Shown in pieces: positions 22,066-33,300 of a DNA stretch of 64,000 bases; within the stretch, counting starts at the first letter, position 1, and the number at the start of each line of letters is the position of its first letter. Location: contig RQSC01000025.1 of NCBI GenBank assembly GCA_013416795.1, positions 69,832 through 133,831 on the forward strand, read 5' to 3'. A model generated the notes under the pieces. It had not been told where the DNA came from and searched no databases. It saw nothing but the letters and a program-made list of their open reading frames with translations. This DNA comes from Prasinococcaceae sp. CCMP 1430 (taxonomy: Eukaryota > Plantae > Prasinodermophyta). The position numbers and the translations under genes were made by a program.

Positions 22066-22395
22066 GGCGCGCGTGGCTGTCCGCACGCCCCTCCCCAACC
22101 CGCACGTCCCACCCACACCCACACCCTCACCCCAAGACGCAGACGCTCACTCACGCACACGCCCGCGCAACTGCGCGCGCACACCGCGCGCCACGCCCGT
22201 GGCGGGCGCCAAGAGCGGCGCGCGTGCGCCGTGTGGCAGGCAGGCGCCCTGCCGTTCACCCGCCCCCCGCAGCCCACGCACCTCCTCCTCGAGGCAGTCG
22301 GGCGCCCATATCGCCAGGCTAGCGTGGGCGCGCCGCCCGAGCCCGGGCCAGGCTGTTGCGTGCAGCGGGGGCGCCGGGAGGGCGCGGCGGCGGAC

Positions 22396-24576
22396 ATGGA
22401 GGCAGCGGACGCACGGCGCGACTCGCAGGGCTCGCCCCAGAGCAATCGTGTCGCGGCCGCTGCCGCTGCCGCGGGCGCGCAGCAGGAGAAGCGGCAGGAG
22501 CAGCCGCCGCCGCAGCAGCAGCAGCAGCAGCAGCAGCAGCGGGCGCCGATGCTGGGTGCGGAGGGCATGGAGCTCGTGCAGAACGCGCTGAGCTCCCACA
22601 GGCCCAAGGACGCGCTCAAGATCATCCACGAGCGAACATCGCTGCCCGCGTGCCATGCGCCGGCGCTTGGTCTGCTCGAGCACCTCGGCGTCGGCCGACC
22701 GGAGACGCATGCTGCGCTCCTCGGCGCGGCGCGCCTGCTGCTGCTCGAGCGCGTGAAGACCCTCTCGAGCGACAAGTTGCTCGATCTGCTGGGGTCGTCG
22801 TTCAAGTACCTGGGCATTCCGGACTTGCGCCCGATCGCACTGGCCGTGCTCGAACGCCTGCGCCCCGTGCCGACGCAGTACCTCAAGCAGCTCGCCAGCG
22901 ACGCCGAGATGTTTGAATCGCTGCCGGTCAGCGTGCGGCAGCAGGTGTGGGAGCTCGACAAGGCCCTGCTGCGCAGACACGTGCAGCCGCTGCTCAAGCA
23001 GTTTGCGAAGGAGCGGCGCATGGACGCGTCGGCGGTGGAGCCGGCGCCGCTCGAGCCCGCAGCGACCGCCAAGGCCGCAGCAGAGGGCGGGGGCGCAGAC
23101 GGCGGCGCGTGCGGGATTTGCGGCGGCGACACAGCTGCCATGCTGGCGCCGCGCGATCGCAAGGCGGAGCGCGCCTCGAGCGCTGCCCTGCAGGGCTTGG
23201 TGGAAATCATCGGGTCGTCGCGCTCCATCTACGACGCCGTGATGTCGCAGTGCAGATCGTCGTACGCCGAGAAGGGCGGCAGCGCTGACTGCTCGCTGCG
23301 CTCGCAGTTGCTGATGTCTCTGCACGACGCCGGCGGGGAGGACCTGTGCGCCCACGACCGCGTGCACAAGCTGGCGTGGCTCCTGGACGCGTGCGCCAAG
23401 AAGGGTCACATCGACACGAAGAGCATCACCGACCTCTCGGAGTTCTTCCAAGAAGTGCGCCCGCGCGGCGGGCCGAACGCGCAGCGGAATCTCGACGACC
23501 GCGCATCCAACACCAACGACCAGTCCGCGGCCATCCTGGGCGACGCGGGAATGGTCATTCGCGAGCCATACACCTACAACCTGCTGCTGTCGGCACTCGC
23601 GCGATACATCCACATGTGCGCATCCTCGATGAAGATGCCCAAGTCCTCGGAGACGGTCAAGTTTCTGCTGCACTCCATCAGCCTTGCTGGCAGCTGCCGC
23701 AAGATGCTGCGCAACAACAAGTTCGACGACAAGCCGGTGGTGGAGGCCACCTCCGATGCTCTGCACAAGACTCTCCCGAAGCTGGTCGAGGTGCTCGCCG
23801 ACGGCATGGCGGCCGAGGCGGAGGGCCGGGCGAGGGCCGTCAAAGAGGGATGCGGTGGGGGCGAGGCGGGCGTGCAGGGCGTGGCGGCTCCTGGTGGCGA
23901 TGCGGAGGCGTGCGAGGCGGTTGCGGCGGTCTTTTCCGACGACATGGAGGAGAAGCTCTGCGCTGCCGGGGAGGCGCTCGCGAGGCACTGCAGCAAGGAC
24001 AGCCTCTCGCGGCGCATCGTGTTCCACATGGGTGCTCACTCGCTGGCGGCGAGCGCCCGCTCGCCTGCGCACGTGCGGCTGACGCGGTGCGTGTGGCGCG
24101 CGACAGCCACACTCGACTACTCGGCGATGGCGCACGAGGCCGCCGCGGCGGAGGCCGTGGTGAGGGCGGCGCGGGTGCTGCTGGAGCAGGGGGTGCTCTC
24201 CCCGGCGGGCGGCGCGTGGGCGGACCTGATCGCCTTTGGCAAGCAAGCTGCGGGAGCCGGGGCGAGCGCGCACGTGGAGCTCATCAAGGTGCTCACGGTG
24301 GCGGGCCAGAAGGGCCTGGCGCCCGACGCGCTCTCCGACCTGCTCCAGGAGACCGTCGCGACCGAGCGCGCGCCCGTGCGCTCGAAGAAGCGCAAGGCCG
24401 TCGACGGCGCCGTCGACGGCGGGCCCGCATCCAAGAAGCAGGCCGCGCACCACGCGGCCGTGCTCGAGGCCTACCGGGCGGCGTGCGCCGAGCTGCCCAG
24501 CGTGACGCGCGATCGCGCCCCCGTGCTCTGGGCGTGGCTCGACGATGCCGCCGCCGACGCCGACGCCGACACGTAA
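22396..24576 (+). CDS. NELFB: Negative elongation factor B (NELF-B/COBRA1) homolog
   Basis: Colinear matches to recalled human NELF-B: KLLDLLGSSFKYLGIPDLRPIALAVL vs KLEDLLEKSFSLVKMPSLQPVVMCVM; SVRQQVWELDKALL vs EVKRQIWQDNQALF; LRSQLLMSLHDAGGEDLCAHDRVHKLAWLLDAC vs LRAELLMSLHDLDVGEICTVDPCHKFTWCLDAC; ILGDAGMVIREPY vs VLGDLSMILCDPF. Start at 22396 (or 22549) is inferred. Confidence 0.85.
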   Translation: MEAADARRDSQGSPQSNRVAAAAAAAGAQQEKRQEQPPPQQQQQQQQQRAPMLGAEGMELVQNALSSHRPKDALKIIHERTSLPACHAPALGLLEHLGVGRPETHAALLGAARLLLLERVKTLSSDKLLDLLGSSFKYLGIPDLRPIALAVLERLRPVPTQYLKQLASDAEMFESLPVSVRQQVWELDKALLRRHVQPLLKQFAKERRMDASAVEPAPLEPAATAKAAAEGGGADGGACGICGGDTAAMLAPRDRKAERASSAALQGLVEIIGSSRSIYDAVMSQCRSSYAEKGGSADCSLRSQLLMSLHDAGGEDLCAHDRVHKLAWLLDACAKKGHIDTKSITDLSEFFQEVRPRGGPNAQRNLDDRASNTNDQSAAILGDAGMVIREPYTYNLLLSALARYIHMCASSMKMPKSSETVKFLLHSISLAGSCRKMLRNNKFDDKPVVEATSDALHKTLPKLVEVLADGMAAEAEGRARAVKEGCGGGEAGVQGVAAPGGDAEACEAVAAVFSDDMEEKLCAAGEALARHCSKDSLSRRIVFHMGAHSLAASARSPAHVRLTRCVWRATATLDYSAMAHEAAAAEAVVRAARVLLEQGVLSPAGGAWADLIAFGKQAAGAGASAHVELIKVLTVAGQKGLAPDALSDLLQETVATERAPVRSKKRKAVDGAVDGGPASKKQAAHHAAVLEAYRAACAELPSVTRDRAPVLWAWLDDAAADADADT

Positions 24577-25416
24577 TACCACCAGCCGCGAGCCGCCAAC
24601 GCGACGCACGCGCCGCCGCCGCTCGCCATCGCCACAGGCGCCGACCGCCGCCGCCGCCGCCGCCGCGCGGCCGCACCGCGCCCGTTCGCTCCGCTCCGCG
24701 CCGAGAATGGATTCCATAAATCCCTCGGAATCCCTTGCGGAATCCTCGTGAGGATTCCACCTGGCGGGCGCACACAAGGCCACGTCTCCCCGTCCGGGCT
24801 GCACCGGCATGCACGCTCTTCTTCGCCTCACTTTGGGTTTACGTTTACAACTGCCATTACCATCAGTACAACCGCCCGTATCGACCCCCAACCCCAACTG
24901 GAACGCATATGACGAAGGCCAACCAACCAACCATTAACACCAACAACACCAACAACACACAGCAACACACAACAACAAGCACGGCGAAGAAGGCGTCGCG
25001 TCCCTCGCCAGGCGGATGTACGCCCGCCTCCGTGCGCCTCCGCCGCGGCGCGCCCGGCGCGCGGGCGCGCATTTTTTTTGGATGTGTGCGTCGGTGAGAC
25101 GCCCGGGGGCGGGCGAGGGAACGGGTGGCCGCGGATTTGGCGCGGGCGCGGCGGCGGCTGCCGCCGGCCGCGCGGTGGACCGTTGAGTTTGGGTTAGAAT
25201 CAAAAAGGGTTTGAAAGTTGGGTCAATTGAGGTGAAATTGTTGGTGGATTCGTGTGGGTGACTGCGGTGGGGTTTGGGTTGGTGCGGGCTCGCCAGGCTC
25301 CAGAAGCCGCGCTCGCACACAGCTGCGCCGGGTGCCACAGCGCGCGCGCGCTGACCGCTCCCCCCCCCCGGCTCTTTCTTTCCCCTCCCCCTCGCGCCTC
25401 CGACGCGCGCGTGGAG

Positions 25417-26830
25417 ATGGCGGCGCTCTCGCTCTCGGGCGCCCGCGCGGCGGCGCGCGGGCGGCGCGAGCGGCGGCGGGGCCGGCGGCGGGGGCGCGGG
25501 CACGCGTTCCGGGGTCAGGGGGAGTTGGAGGGCGCGCACGTGCGCGTCGTGCCGCGCTGTCCCCTGCCTCGGCGACCTCCGCCCGTGCAACGCGCCTCCC
25601 CCCGCCCCCCAACCCCGCCCACCCAACCCCTGTGTGCGCACCTGCTCGCCGCCGCCGCTGACACGCGTCCCCCCTCTCATGCCTCCTCCCGCCCCGCTCG
25701 CGTGCGCTCCTTCCCGTGCGCAGGACTACTATGCGACGCTCGGCATCTCGCGTGGCGCCGACAAGCAGGAGATGAAGCGCGCGTACCGCAAGCTGGCGCG
25801 CAAGTACCACCCTGATGTGAACAAGGAGGCCGGCGCGGAGGACAAGTTCAAGGAGATCTCCAACGCGTACGAGGTGCTCAGCGACGACCAGAAGCGCCAG
25901 ATCTACGACCAGTTCGGCGAGGCGGGCCTCAAGGGCGGCATGGGCGGCGCCGGTGGCTTTGGTGGGCAGGGCGACTTCAGCAACCCCTTCGACCTCTTCG
26001 AGAGCTTCTTCGGGGCCGGCGCGGGCGGTGGCTTCGGCGGGGGCATGGGCGGCTTTGGCGGCGCGCGCTCGCGCAACGCGCCGACGCAGGGCGAGGACAA
26101 GCGCGTGGAGCTGGTGATTGAGTTCAACGAGGCGGTCTTTGGCACGGACAAGGAGTTCGAGGTGGTGCGACTGCACACCTGCGACACTTGCGACGGCAGC
26201 GGCGTCAAAGCGGGCACCACGCCGAGGACGTGCGACCAGTGCCAGGGGCAGGGGCAGGTGATCACCATGGCGCGCACGCCGCTGGGCAACTTCCAGCAGG
26301 TGCAGACGTGCCCCAAGTGCGGCGGCGAGGGCGTGATTTCGACGCCATGCGGCACGTGCGGCGGTGACGGGCGCGTGCGCCGCGGCAAGCGCATCTCGCT
26401 GCAGGTGCCCGCGGGCGTGGACACAGGCAGCAGGCTGCGCGTGCGCGAGGAAGGCGACGTGGGCCGCAAGGGGGGGCCGCCGGGCAACCTCGTGGTGTAC
26501 CTGCGCGTGAGGGACGACCCGGAGCTTCAGCGCGACGGAATCAACATCATGAGCAGCGTCACGGTGCCGTACACGGATGCCATCCTTGGCACCACCGTGC
26601 GCGTCAAGACGGTGGACGGCCAGGTCGAGCTGAAGATTCCTGCGGGCACGCAGCCGGGCACCACGCTGGTGATGGGCAAGAAGGGCGTGCCCAAGCTCGG
26701 CAACCCCTCGCAGCGCGGTGACCACAACGTGACGGTCAACGTGACCATCCCCAAGCGTATTTCGGACGAGGAGAAGGCGCTGGTCGAGCAGCTCTCCACC
26801 ATCAGCACCGGCGTCAATGCGTCCGCTTAG
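25417..26830 (+). CDS. dnaJ: Type I DnaJ (Hsp40), probably plastid-targeted, 2 exons
   Basis: J domain DYYATLG..YHPDVNK, G/F region, four CxxCxGxG repeats and C-terminal domain. Exon 2 starts at acceptor 25724. Proposed exon 1 is 25417-25539 (Arg/Ala-rich transit-like; GTGCGC donor at 25540, phase 0), which is less certain. Confidence 0.88.
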
Positions 26831-27167
26831 GGCACGGGAGGCGGCCGGACGGCACGGTGGGAGTTGGGGAGGGGTTGCAGTAGGCAGCAAAGCCGCGCAG
26901 TCCGGCGGACTCGACGCGGGCACTGACAGGCCGCGCTCGGGGACGCACCGAGGCCTCGAGGTGGGCAGGCGCCGTCGGGCGAGCCGCGACCATTCTTCGC
27001 GGCGCCCAGGGCGGCCTCGAGGCGACGGACTTGTGCGGCGCACGCGACGCGGCGCCCCTTCATGTAAGTATCTACCGCACCAGGCGGTGCGCCGCAGAAA
27101 ACAATCGGAAAAAATTGACGCAGGGCCAGCGGCACGCGCGCGCGCCCTGCAAGCGCGCGTTGGCGCA

Positions 27168-28451
27168 TCATCTCGCGCGGCGCCTGCCCCCGCCCCCCTT
27201 GGGCGCGCGCTTGCCCTTGCCCTTGGTGGCCGTGGGCCGCTGTGCGGGCTGGCTGCCGAGCGCGTACACCGTTGAGGCGTGATCGCCCGCCGGTGCCGAA
27301 GCCGTCACCACGGGCGTTGGCTTGATGGGCACCTGCGGCGTGCCAGCCGCGCCCGACCATCCCACGACCTCGGCGACGGCCGCTAGCCGCGCGTGCGAGT
27401 CCGGGACCACGTACATCATGCCCTGCCAACTGACGTTCACCAGGCCCGCCAGGATCCAGTACAGCTGCACGCCGGAGCACATCTGGTGGGTGAATGCTGG
27501 CACGAACAGGCCCTGTTGTGGGGGGGAGGCGCGCGTCAGTCGCACGCTCGCGAAATGGGTGTGCCCATGCGCTCTACTTCTCTGCCGCGGCGCGGCACAG
27601 CCAGACCGCCGCCGACGCACCACGTAGGGCAGGTACTTGTGAAACTCCTGGCCAGGCACGGTGACGCCGGTCTGTTTGTTCACCATCGTGGCCAGCTGGA
27701 AGCCGCTGAACATGACGACGCCGTTGATGACGGGAAGCATGAGCGTCGGGTCGGCGACAGACAGGTCAGTAAACCACAACGCGCCGCCGGTCCTCCAGCT
27801 GGGCATGTTGGCAGCCATGGCGGTGATGCCCATGTAGCAACTGATCATCACTCCGAGGTTGGGCACGAGGCCAACAAAGGCCATGCGGGGGTCGATGCCG
27901 TACTTCTGGTACACCTTGTCAAGCTGCTCCTTCGCTGCGAGCGCCTCGGGGGACGCCGTGGGCTTCTTCCCGTCCTGCATGTCGGCCCACACCTTGGCAT
28001 TCATGTCCTTGAGCGTCTGCTGCAGGGGCTCCGTCTCCGCCTTGGCGCGCTGCATGCGCGCGGTCTGCTTCATGGTCGTCATGAAGAAAGGCAGTAGCGC
28101 CGAGCGCGTCACCAGCGTCATCGCGCCCAACGCCGCCCACCACTCAAGGCCGAGCACCGAGTGGAACGCATCCACGTATGACATGACCAAGCTGACGGGC
28201 AGGGACACGTCCTGCTGCGCCAGCGCGAGCTCGCTCAGGGCAGGCGCCGCGTTTGCGGCGCCAACTTCACCCCCAGCCGTGCTGTTGCCCGAGACCGCCG
28301 CGGCGACAGCGCCACCCGTGTCAGTAGCAGCGGCGCTTGCCGCCGTGTCCGCCGTCGCGTCCGCCGCCCGGGCGTCCGCGCCAGCCGGCGCCGCAGCCGC
28401 GGCCGCTCTGGACAGCGGCGATGTGAAGAACCCCCTGCCAAGACCAGAGCG
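27168..28451 (-). CDS. OXA1: Oxa1/YidC/Alb3-family insertase (mitochondrial OXA1-like); 5' end lost in N gap
   Basis: LEWWAALGAMTLVTRSALLPF, WRTGGALWFTDLSVADPTLMLPV, GVQLYWI. Intron 27620-27513 (GTGCGT..CAG, phase 0). Confidence 0.8.
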   Translation of the reverse strand, partial: RSGLGRGFFTSPLSRAAAAAAPAGADARAADATADTAASAAATDTGGAVAAAVSGNSTAGGEVGAANAAPALSELALAQQDVSLPVSLVMSYVDAFHSVLGLEWWAALGAMTLVTRSALLPFFMTTMKQTARMQRAKAETEPLQQTLKDMNAKVWADMQDGKKPTASPEALAAKEQLDKVYQKYGIDPRMAFVGLVPNLGVMISCYMGITAMAANMPSWRTGGALWFTDLSVADPTLMLPVINGVVMFSGFQLATMVNKQTGVTVPGQEFHKYLPYVVRRRRSGCAAPRQRSRAHGHTHFASVRLTRASPPQQGLFVPAFTHQMCSGVQLYWILAGLVNVSWQGMMYVVPDSHARLAAVAEVVGWSGAAGTPQVPIKPTPVVTASAPAGDHASTVYALGSQPAQRPTATKGKGKRAPKGGGGRRRAR

Positions 28452-28800
28452 NNNNNNNNNNNNNNNNNNNNNNNNNNNNNNNNNNNNNNNNNNNNCCCGC
28501 TCCCCCCCTGCCGCGGGTGCGCTCTGTGGCACCGCGACACGCCGCCGCCCCCTCCCTCCGACCGATCGCGTTCCGCCGTAAATGAACCCTACGCAGATAC
28601 TAACCTTTAAAAAGGTCTGCTGTACTGTAAAACCTCAACCCTCGCGGCGCTCGCGGTGGCACAGCCGCCGTGGGCGGGGGCTTGCTGCCGCGCCCGCCAC
28701 AGGGCGCACGCGCGGCGCGGGGCTGGCCGACCCGCGCCCCCCGCCTGCGTCCGCGCCGTGTCGTTCCTGTGCGCCGCGTGCGACGCGGCGCCGCGCGCAG

Positions 28801-30250
28801 GAGGCGTCGGCGGTGCGCGCAGTGCAGCACCTCACGGCGCTCATCCGCAACAGCTCGGAGGGCACACTCATGGGACTCGAGCGCGAGCTCACGCAGGCAC
28901 GTGTCCGAGCGGCGCGCCTTCTCTCCTTCGCTCGCCCCCTCCCCCTCGTGCAACCGCACACATGCCGCCTCTCCTCTTTCGTGGTCGTGTCGCATGACCG
29001 ACCGGGCCCCAGCGCAGTCCCGAATCTGCTACGTGCGATCGCTGACCCGGCGCGTGCGACCACGCGCTCTTCAGGGCGCCGAGGCGCTGAAGCGCGCCAA
29101 TCCGGCCCTCGCTGTGGGGCTGGGCGCGGCATGCGACCTCTTCATGCGCTACGTCACGCGGACGAGCGCGCTCGAATCGGGGGATTTCAGCACTTGCAAG
29201 GTGCGCGTGCGCCTTACGCGCCTCGGACCTCACACCCTCGTACCCACGCACTTGCACGCCTGAGCGTATGTGCCCGCGCCCGCGCGCGGGCTGACGCGGC
29301 GCTGCGTTGCGGTCTGCGGCCCCCGCGCGCGTAGCTGCGCCTCATCGAGCGTGGCGAGGCGTTCGCGCAGACTTCGTCGGCTGCGCGCCAGAAGATCGCT
29401 GCGATGGGCACCAAGCTGCTCAGGGACAGCACGACCGTGCTCATCCACGGCTTCTCGCGCTGCGTGCTCGCCGTGCTATACGAGGCCGCCAAGGCGGGGC
29501 GGAACTTCTCCGTCGTCGTCACCGAGGGGCGACCCGACGCGCAGGGGCTTGCAGCGGCGCAGGCACTCCGGCAGGTAGGTGTGCGCGGACGCGGGCCAGC
29601 GCGCGGGCCAGCGTGCAGGCAACTTCTCGCCCCTCGTCCCCATCCGCATTTCCGCCCCCCCCCCCCCGTTTCCCCCCGTACACACACGCGCGCAGTCACT
29701 CGTGCCCATCCCATCCATGCGGTTGCTGACGGGCCGGCGTGTCGCCTGGCGCTTTAGGCGGGCGTGCCAGTGACCATCTGCCTGGACGCGGCGGCGGCGT
29801 ACGTGATGGAGCGCGTGGACATCGTGCTGGTGGGCGCCGAGGGCGTGGTGGAGAATGGGGGGATCGTCAACAAGCTCGGCACGTACCAGCTTGCGCTGGC
29901 AGCCAAGGCGCTGGGCAAGCCCGTGTACGTCGCCGCGGAGTCGTTCAAGATGGTGCGGCTGTACCCGCTCAACCAGCAGGACCTGCCAGAGGCGGAGCAG
30001 CCGGTGGACTTTGGGCGAGCGCTCCCTGCGGAGGTGCGTGCCACCTGTACAGCGCGAGCGTATGCGCGCGGCGCTGCCGGCTCATGTGGTGCTGACCGGC
30101 GCGATCCGCCCCGCGCGTGCACAGACGAGGATCCTCAATCCAATCAGGGACTACACACCACCCGAGCTGCTCACGCTGCTGGTGACCGATCTAGGGCTGC
30201 TTACGCCCTCCGCGGTATCGGACATGCTCATCACGCTGCACACGCGGTGA
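28801..30250 (+). CDS. EIF2B1: Translation initiation factor eIF2B alpha subunit, at least 5 exons; first exon not found
   Basis: Exons 28801-28896, 29075-29200, 29335-29574, 29758-30033 and 30125-30250. Spliced motifs [97 protein letters not shown]. Each intron carries GCTGAC ~28-40 nt before the AG. Confidence 0.9.
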
Positions 30251-30368
30251 GCCTCGCCGCCGACAGTGTATTCTAAAAGCAACCGGCCTTATTTTATGCG
30301 GGCGGGTCACGACGGCATCGGCGGCAGCGTGCGCCCTCTTCGGCGCGCGGTCCGCTCCACTTCGGCGC

Positions 30369-33300
30369 TCAGTCCCCGAGTGCGCGCAGCTCCGCCTCCC
30401 AGGCGGCATGCATGCGCCGGGCGCGCGCGCGACGCAGCCTCATGCACGCCGCGTCGACGGTCGCGTGCGCGCGCTCAGACATTGCCCATCGCGCAACTTC
30501 CGAGTCGTTCTCCCACGCCCTTGATGCGAGGGCCTCGTACGTCCCCTCTTCGTCCGCCAGGTAGTCATCGAGGAAGGCAGCACGCAACGTGTCGACGATC
30601 GCCTCGGGAGTGAGGTCGGGGTCGCTCCTGCGCAGAGCGCGCATCAGCGCATCGACGAGCACGCGACGACGCAGGCGCATGCCCAGCTGAGCGCGCGCAT
30701 GCTGCAGTGGCACGATGTCCCTGATGGCGCCCTTGGCCATCATGCGCTCGGGAACGTCGTGGAGCGCAGCAAATCGCGCAGCCGCCGCTCTGTACGCAGG
30801 CGCGGCCGCCGTCATGCGCGCGAGCGCTTTTTGCGAGGCGCGTGCGGCTCCGACGGCGTCCCCTGCCGCGGAGAGCTGCGCGGCGTCTCGCGTTGCGGCA
30901 GCCAGAGTCGTATCGAAGCGCTGCGCGGCCTTGTCCAAGCGGTTTCCAGAGAGTTTGATCTCGATGAGCCCCTCGGGCTCGAGGATGGAGCCACGCGCGC
31001 TCGGGTCGGCGTAGACTTCGATTTTGTCCGGGTTGATGTTGGTGTCGATGACCACCCACGCGCCCCCACGGAGCTCACCAGAGGGGGGGATGTACACCGT
31101 GACGGGGTGCTCGTATGTCCTGAGCGCCTCGACGATGCCCGAGCCGTGCTGCAAAATACCCTCGTACAAGTCGCGCCGTCCGCCTGAGAAGCCGCGCCAA
31201 CAGGCGAACACGACGACCGGAAGCGCCTCTCTGGCCATGTCCTCGAGTGCCTGCGCGGTCTTGGCGGCGCTGTCTGGATACCAGACCTGCCCGGCTTGCA
31301 GCTCGTCTACGTCTGTGGCCGAGTCGGACAGGCCTGGGTCGCCCGGCACGACCTTTGTCACCGCGGTTACCTGCGTGGCGATGACTCCAACGGGGATGCC
31401 GCCGAGCGTCGCGCGGCCCACGACCACAGTCTGCGCCCAGCTCTCCATGAGCTCAACGAAGGAGCCGTCGTCAACGACCGCGGGGATGAGCTCGTGGGGC
31501 TCGGGCGGGGAGGAGCCCGCAGCAGCGCCGCCGGTGTTCTTGAGTATATCCGAAGCGCAAGGGGGCGGCCTCAGGAGTGCGTCGTATGCGTGCACGGTGG
31601 CCGCGGTGGCCGCCTGGGTGCCGCTAGCAGCACCGTCGACGGTGGTGTGGTCGCCTCCCGCTCGGTGGGCGCGAGCAAGCGCCGCGTCCAAGTGGCGCAT
31701 TGTGTTGCTCAGTTCATCTTTCGCGTACGACGTGGGTCCGGCGGAAGCTTCTGGGGTGTGGCGAACGATGGGCAGCGGCGGCGAGACTCCGGCCGTCCCT
31801 AGTACTAGATCGGGGACCGCCGCGCCTGGCGAATAGGGGCGTGGGTCGCTCGTCGAGGCTGTCGAGGCGTCGAAGGCAATGGCGCGCAGCGAGCAGGACC
31901 CATCGGCGCTCCGCTGCGCAGGATCGGCGCTGCGTGTGAGAAAAGCGGGTACGTGCTCGAGCCACTGGAGCATCGCCCGGAACCCCTGCTTGTCGTCTTC
32001 TACCACCATGTGGCTTAGACCGTTGTGGGCGTGGATCCTTGGACCCCCGAGCTGGTGGTGATTCGCGTAGACGTCTCGCCCAAGCAGTTTGTTCAGAGCG
32101 GCGGCACCGGTCAGGATAATGCTCGCGTCTTGCCTTTGGATGACCCGCCTGCCCAGCCTCGCCAGATAGGCGCCGATACCCACCGACAATCCCGACACGT
32201 ACGTGAGCGTGAAAGTTTCGTCGTAGGCACGCGAGAACGCCGTGGCGGCCTTCGCGCTGCCCATCAGCGACTCAACGCCTAGGCCGTCCTCGCTGCCTAT
32301 CACCGCGTGCAGAACGTGCCGAACCTCGATGGCATCGGCCGAACTCGCCGGTGCGGCCACCTCCCTGCGCTCGGTGCGCACGGGCGCGGCGGCCTCCCCC
32401 CCCAACTCGCGCATGTCAGTTTCGCTGAGGTACAGGTAGTCGATGCCCAGAGTCGGCTGAGCGTCGTCCACCCACGCGACCTTGAAGCGCGCCTGAACGT
32501 CTCTGGCCAGGCCCATGCGCGCGCCCGAGTTGCTCGCGTGATAGAGCAAAGGGACGCCCTCGAGCGAGGCAGCACGCGCGACGCGCGCGAAGAGCTCGTC
32601 CTCCTGGGGTCCGAAGCTGCCGCTCGCCACGGTCACGTCGTTTGCCAGCAGATAGCATGGCCGTCCCGACGGGCACGAGGGCGTGCGCAGGACCAAACGC
32701 CAAGCGGCCATGGCAAGCTGCCCCTCCACTTCACGAGGGGTGGAGGGTGGTGCGAGACGCAGGCCGTCCGAGCGAGGGTTGATCTCGAGCAGTACAGAGG
32801 ACAACAGAGGCGCACCATCTTCGCACTCGCCGCCTGTTTTCATGCCCGCCTCACCCGCGACGCAGCTTCGGTCGGGTTGGCGTCCCTGGCCACGCCACAC
32901 CTGCTGGAGGGCGAGCCTCAGTGCCTCCGGCAGGTCGTAAATCCACACCGTGTCATGGCGAGCTGCGGTGAGACGGCGCTGAGCGATTGGCGACAGCGCC
33001 TCGTGCGCGCGGAGCGCCGGTAAGAGATCGCACGCGTCACCAGCGGTAAGAATTGGGGTGTCCTCTGCTGGACCGGCGCTGGCTGCCGCAGTCAGGCCTG
33101 CGTTGGTGTCGACCACCATGCGTCGCAAAAGCGCCCCAGATGCGAGCCGCAACCCGCCCTCGCGAGGCCTGTTGCCATCAAGTTCTTCTCTGTACACGCC
33201 GGTGATGCGACCAGTGCGCCCGCCCCACGGGGCTTCGCCAATAACCCGCCACCAAGACGCGGCATCGAAGCTCGACGACTGCGCGCTAGGCTCTCCCGCC

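Noticed and set aside
25000-25050. AYIRLARDA resembling the ribosomal protein uL23 C-terminus
   Set aside because: The match is only ~7 residues, with no upstream uL23 sequence or splice structure.
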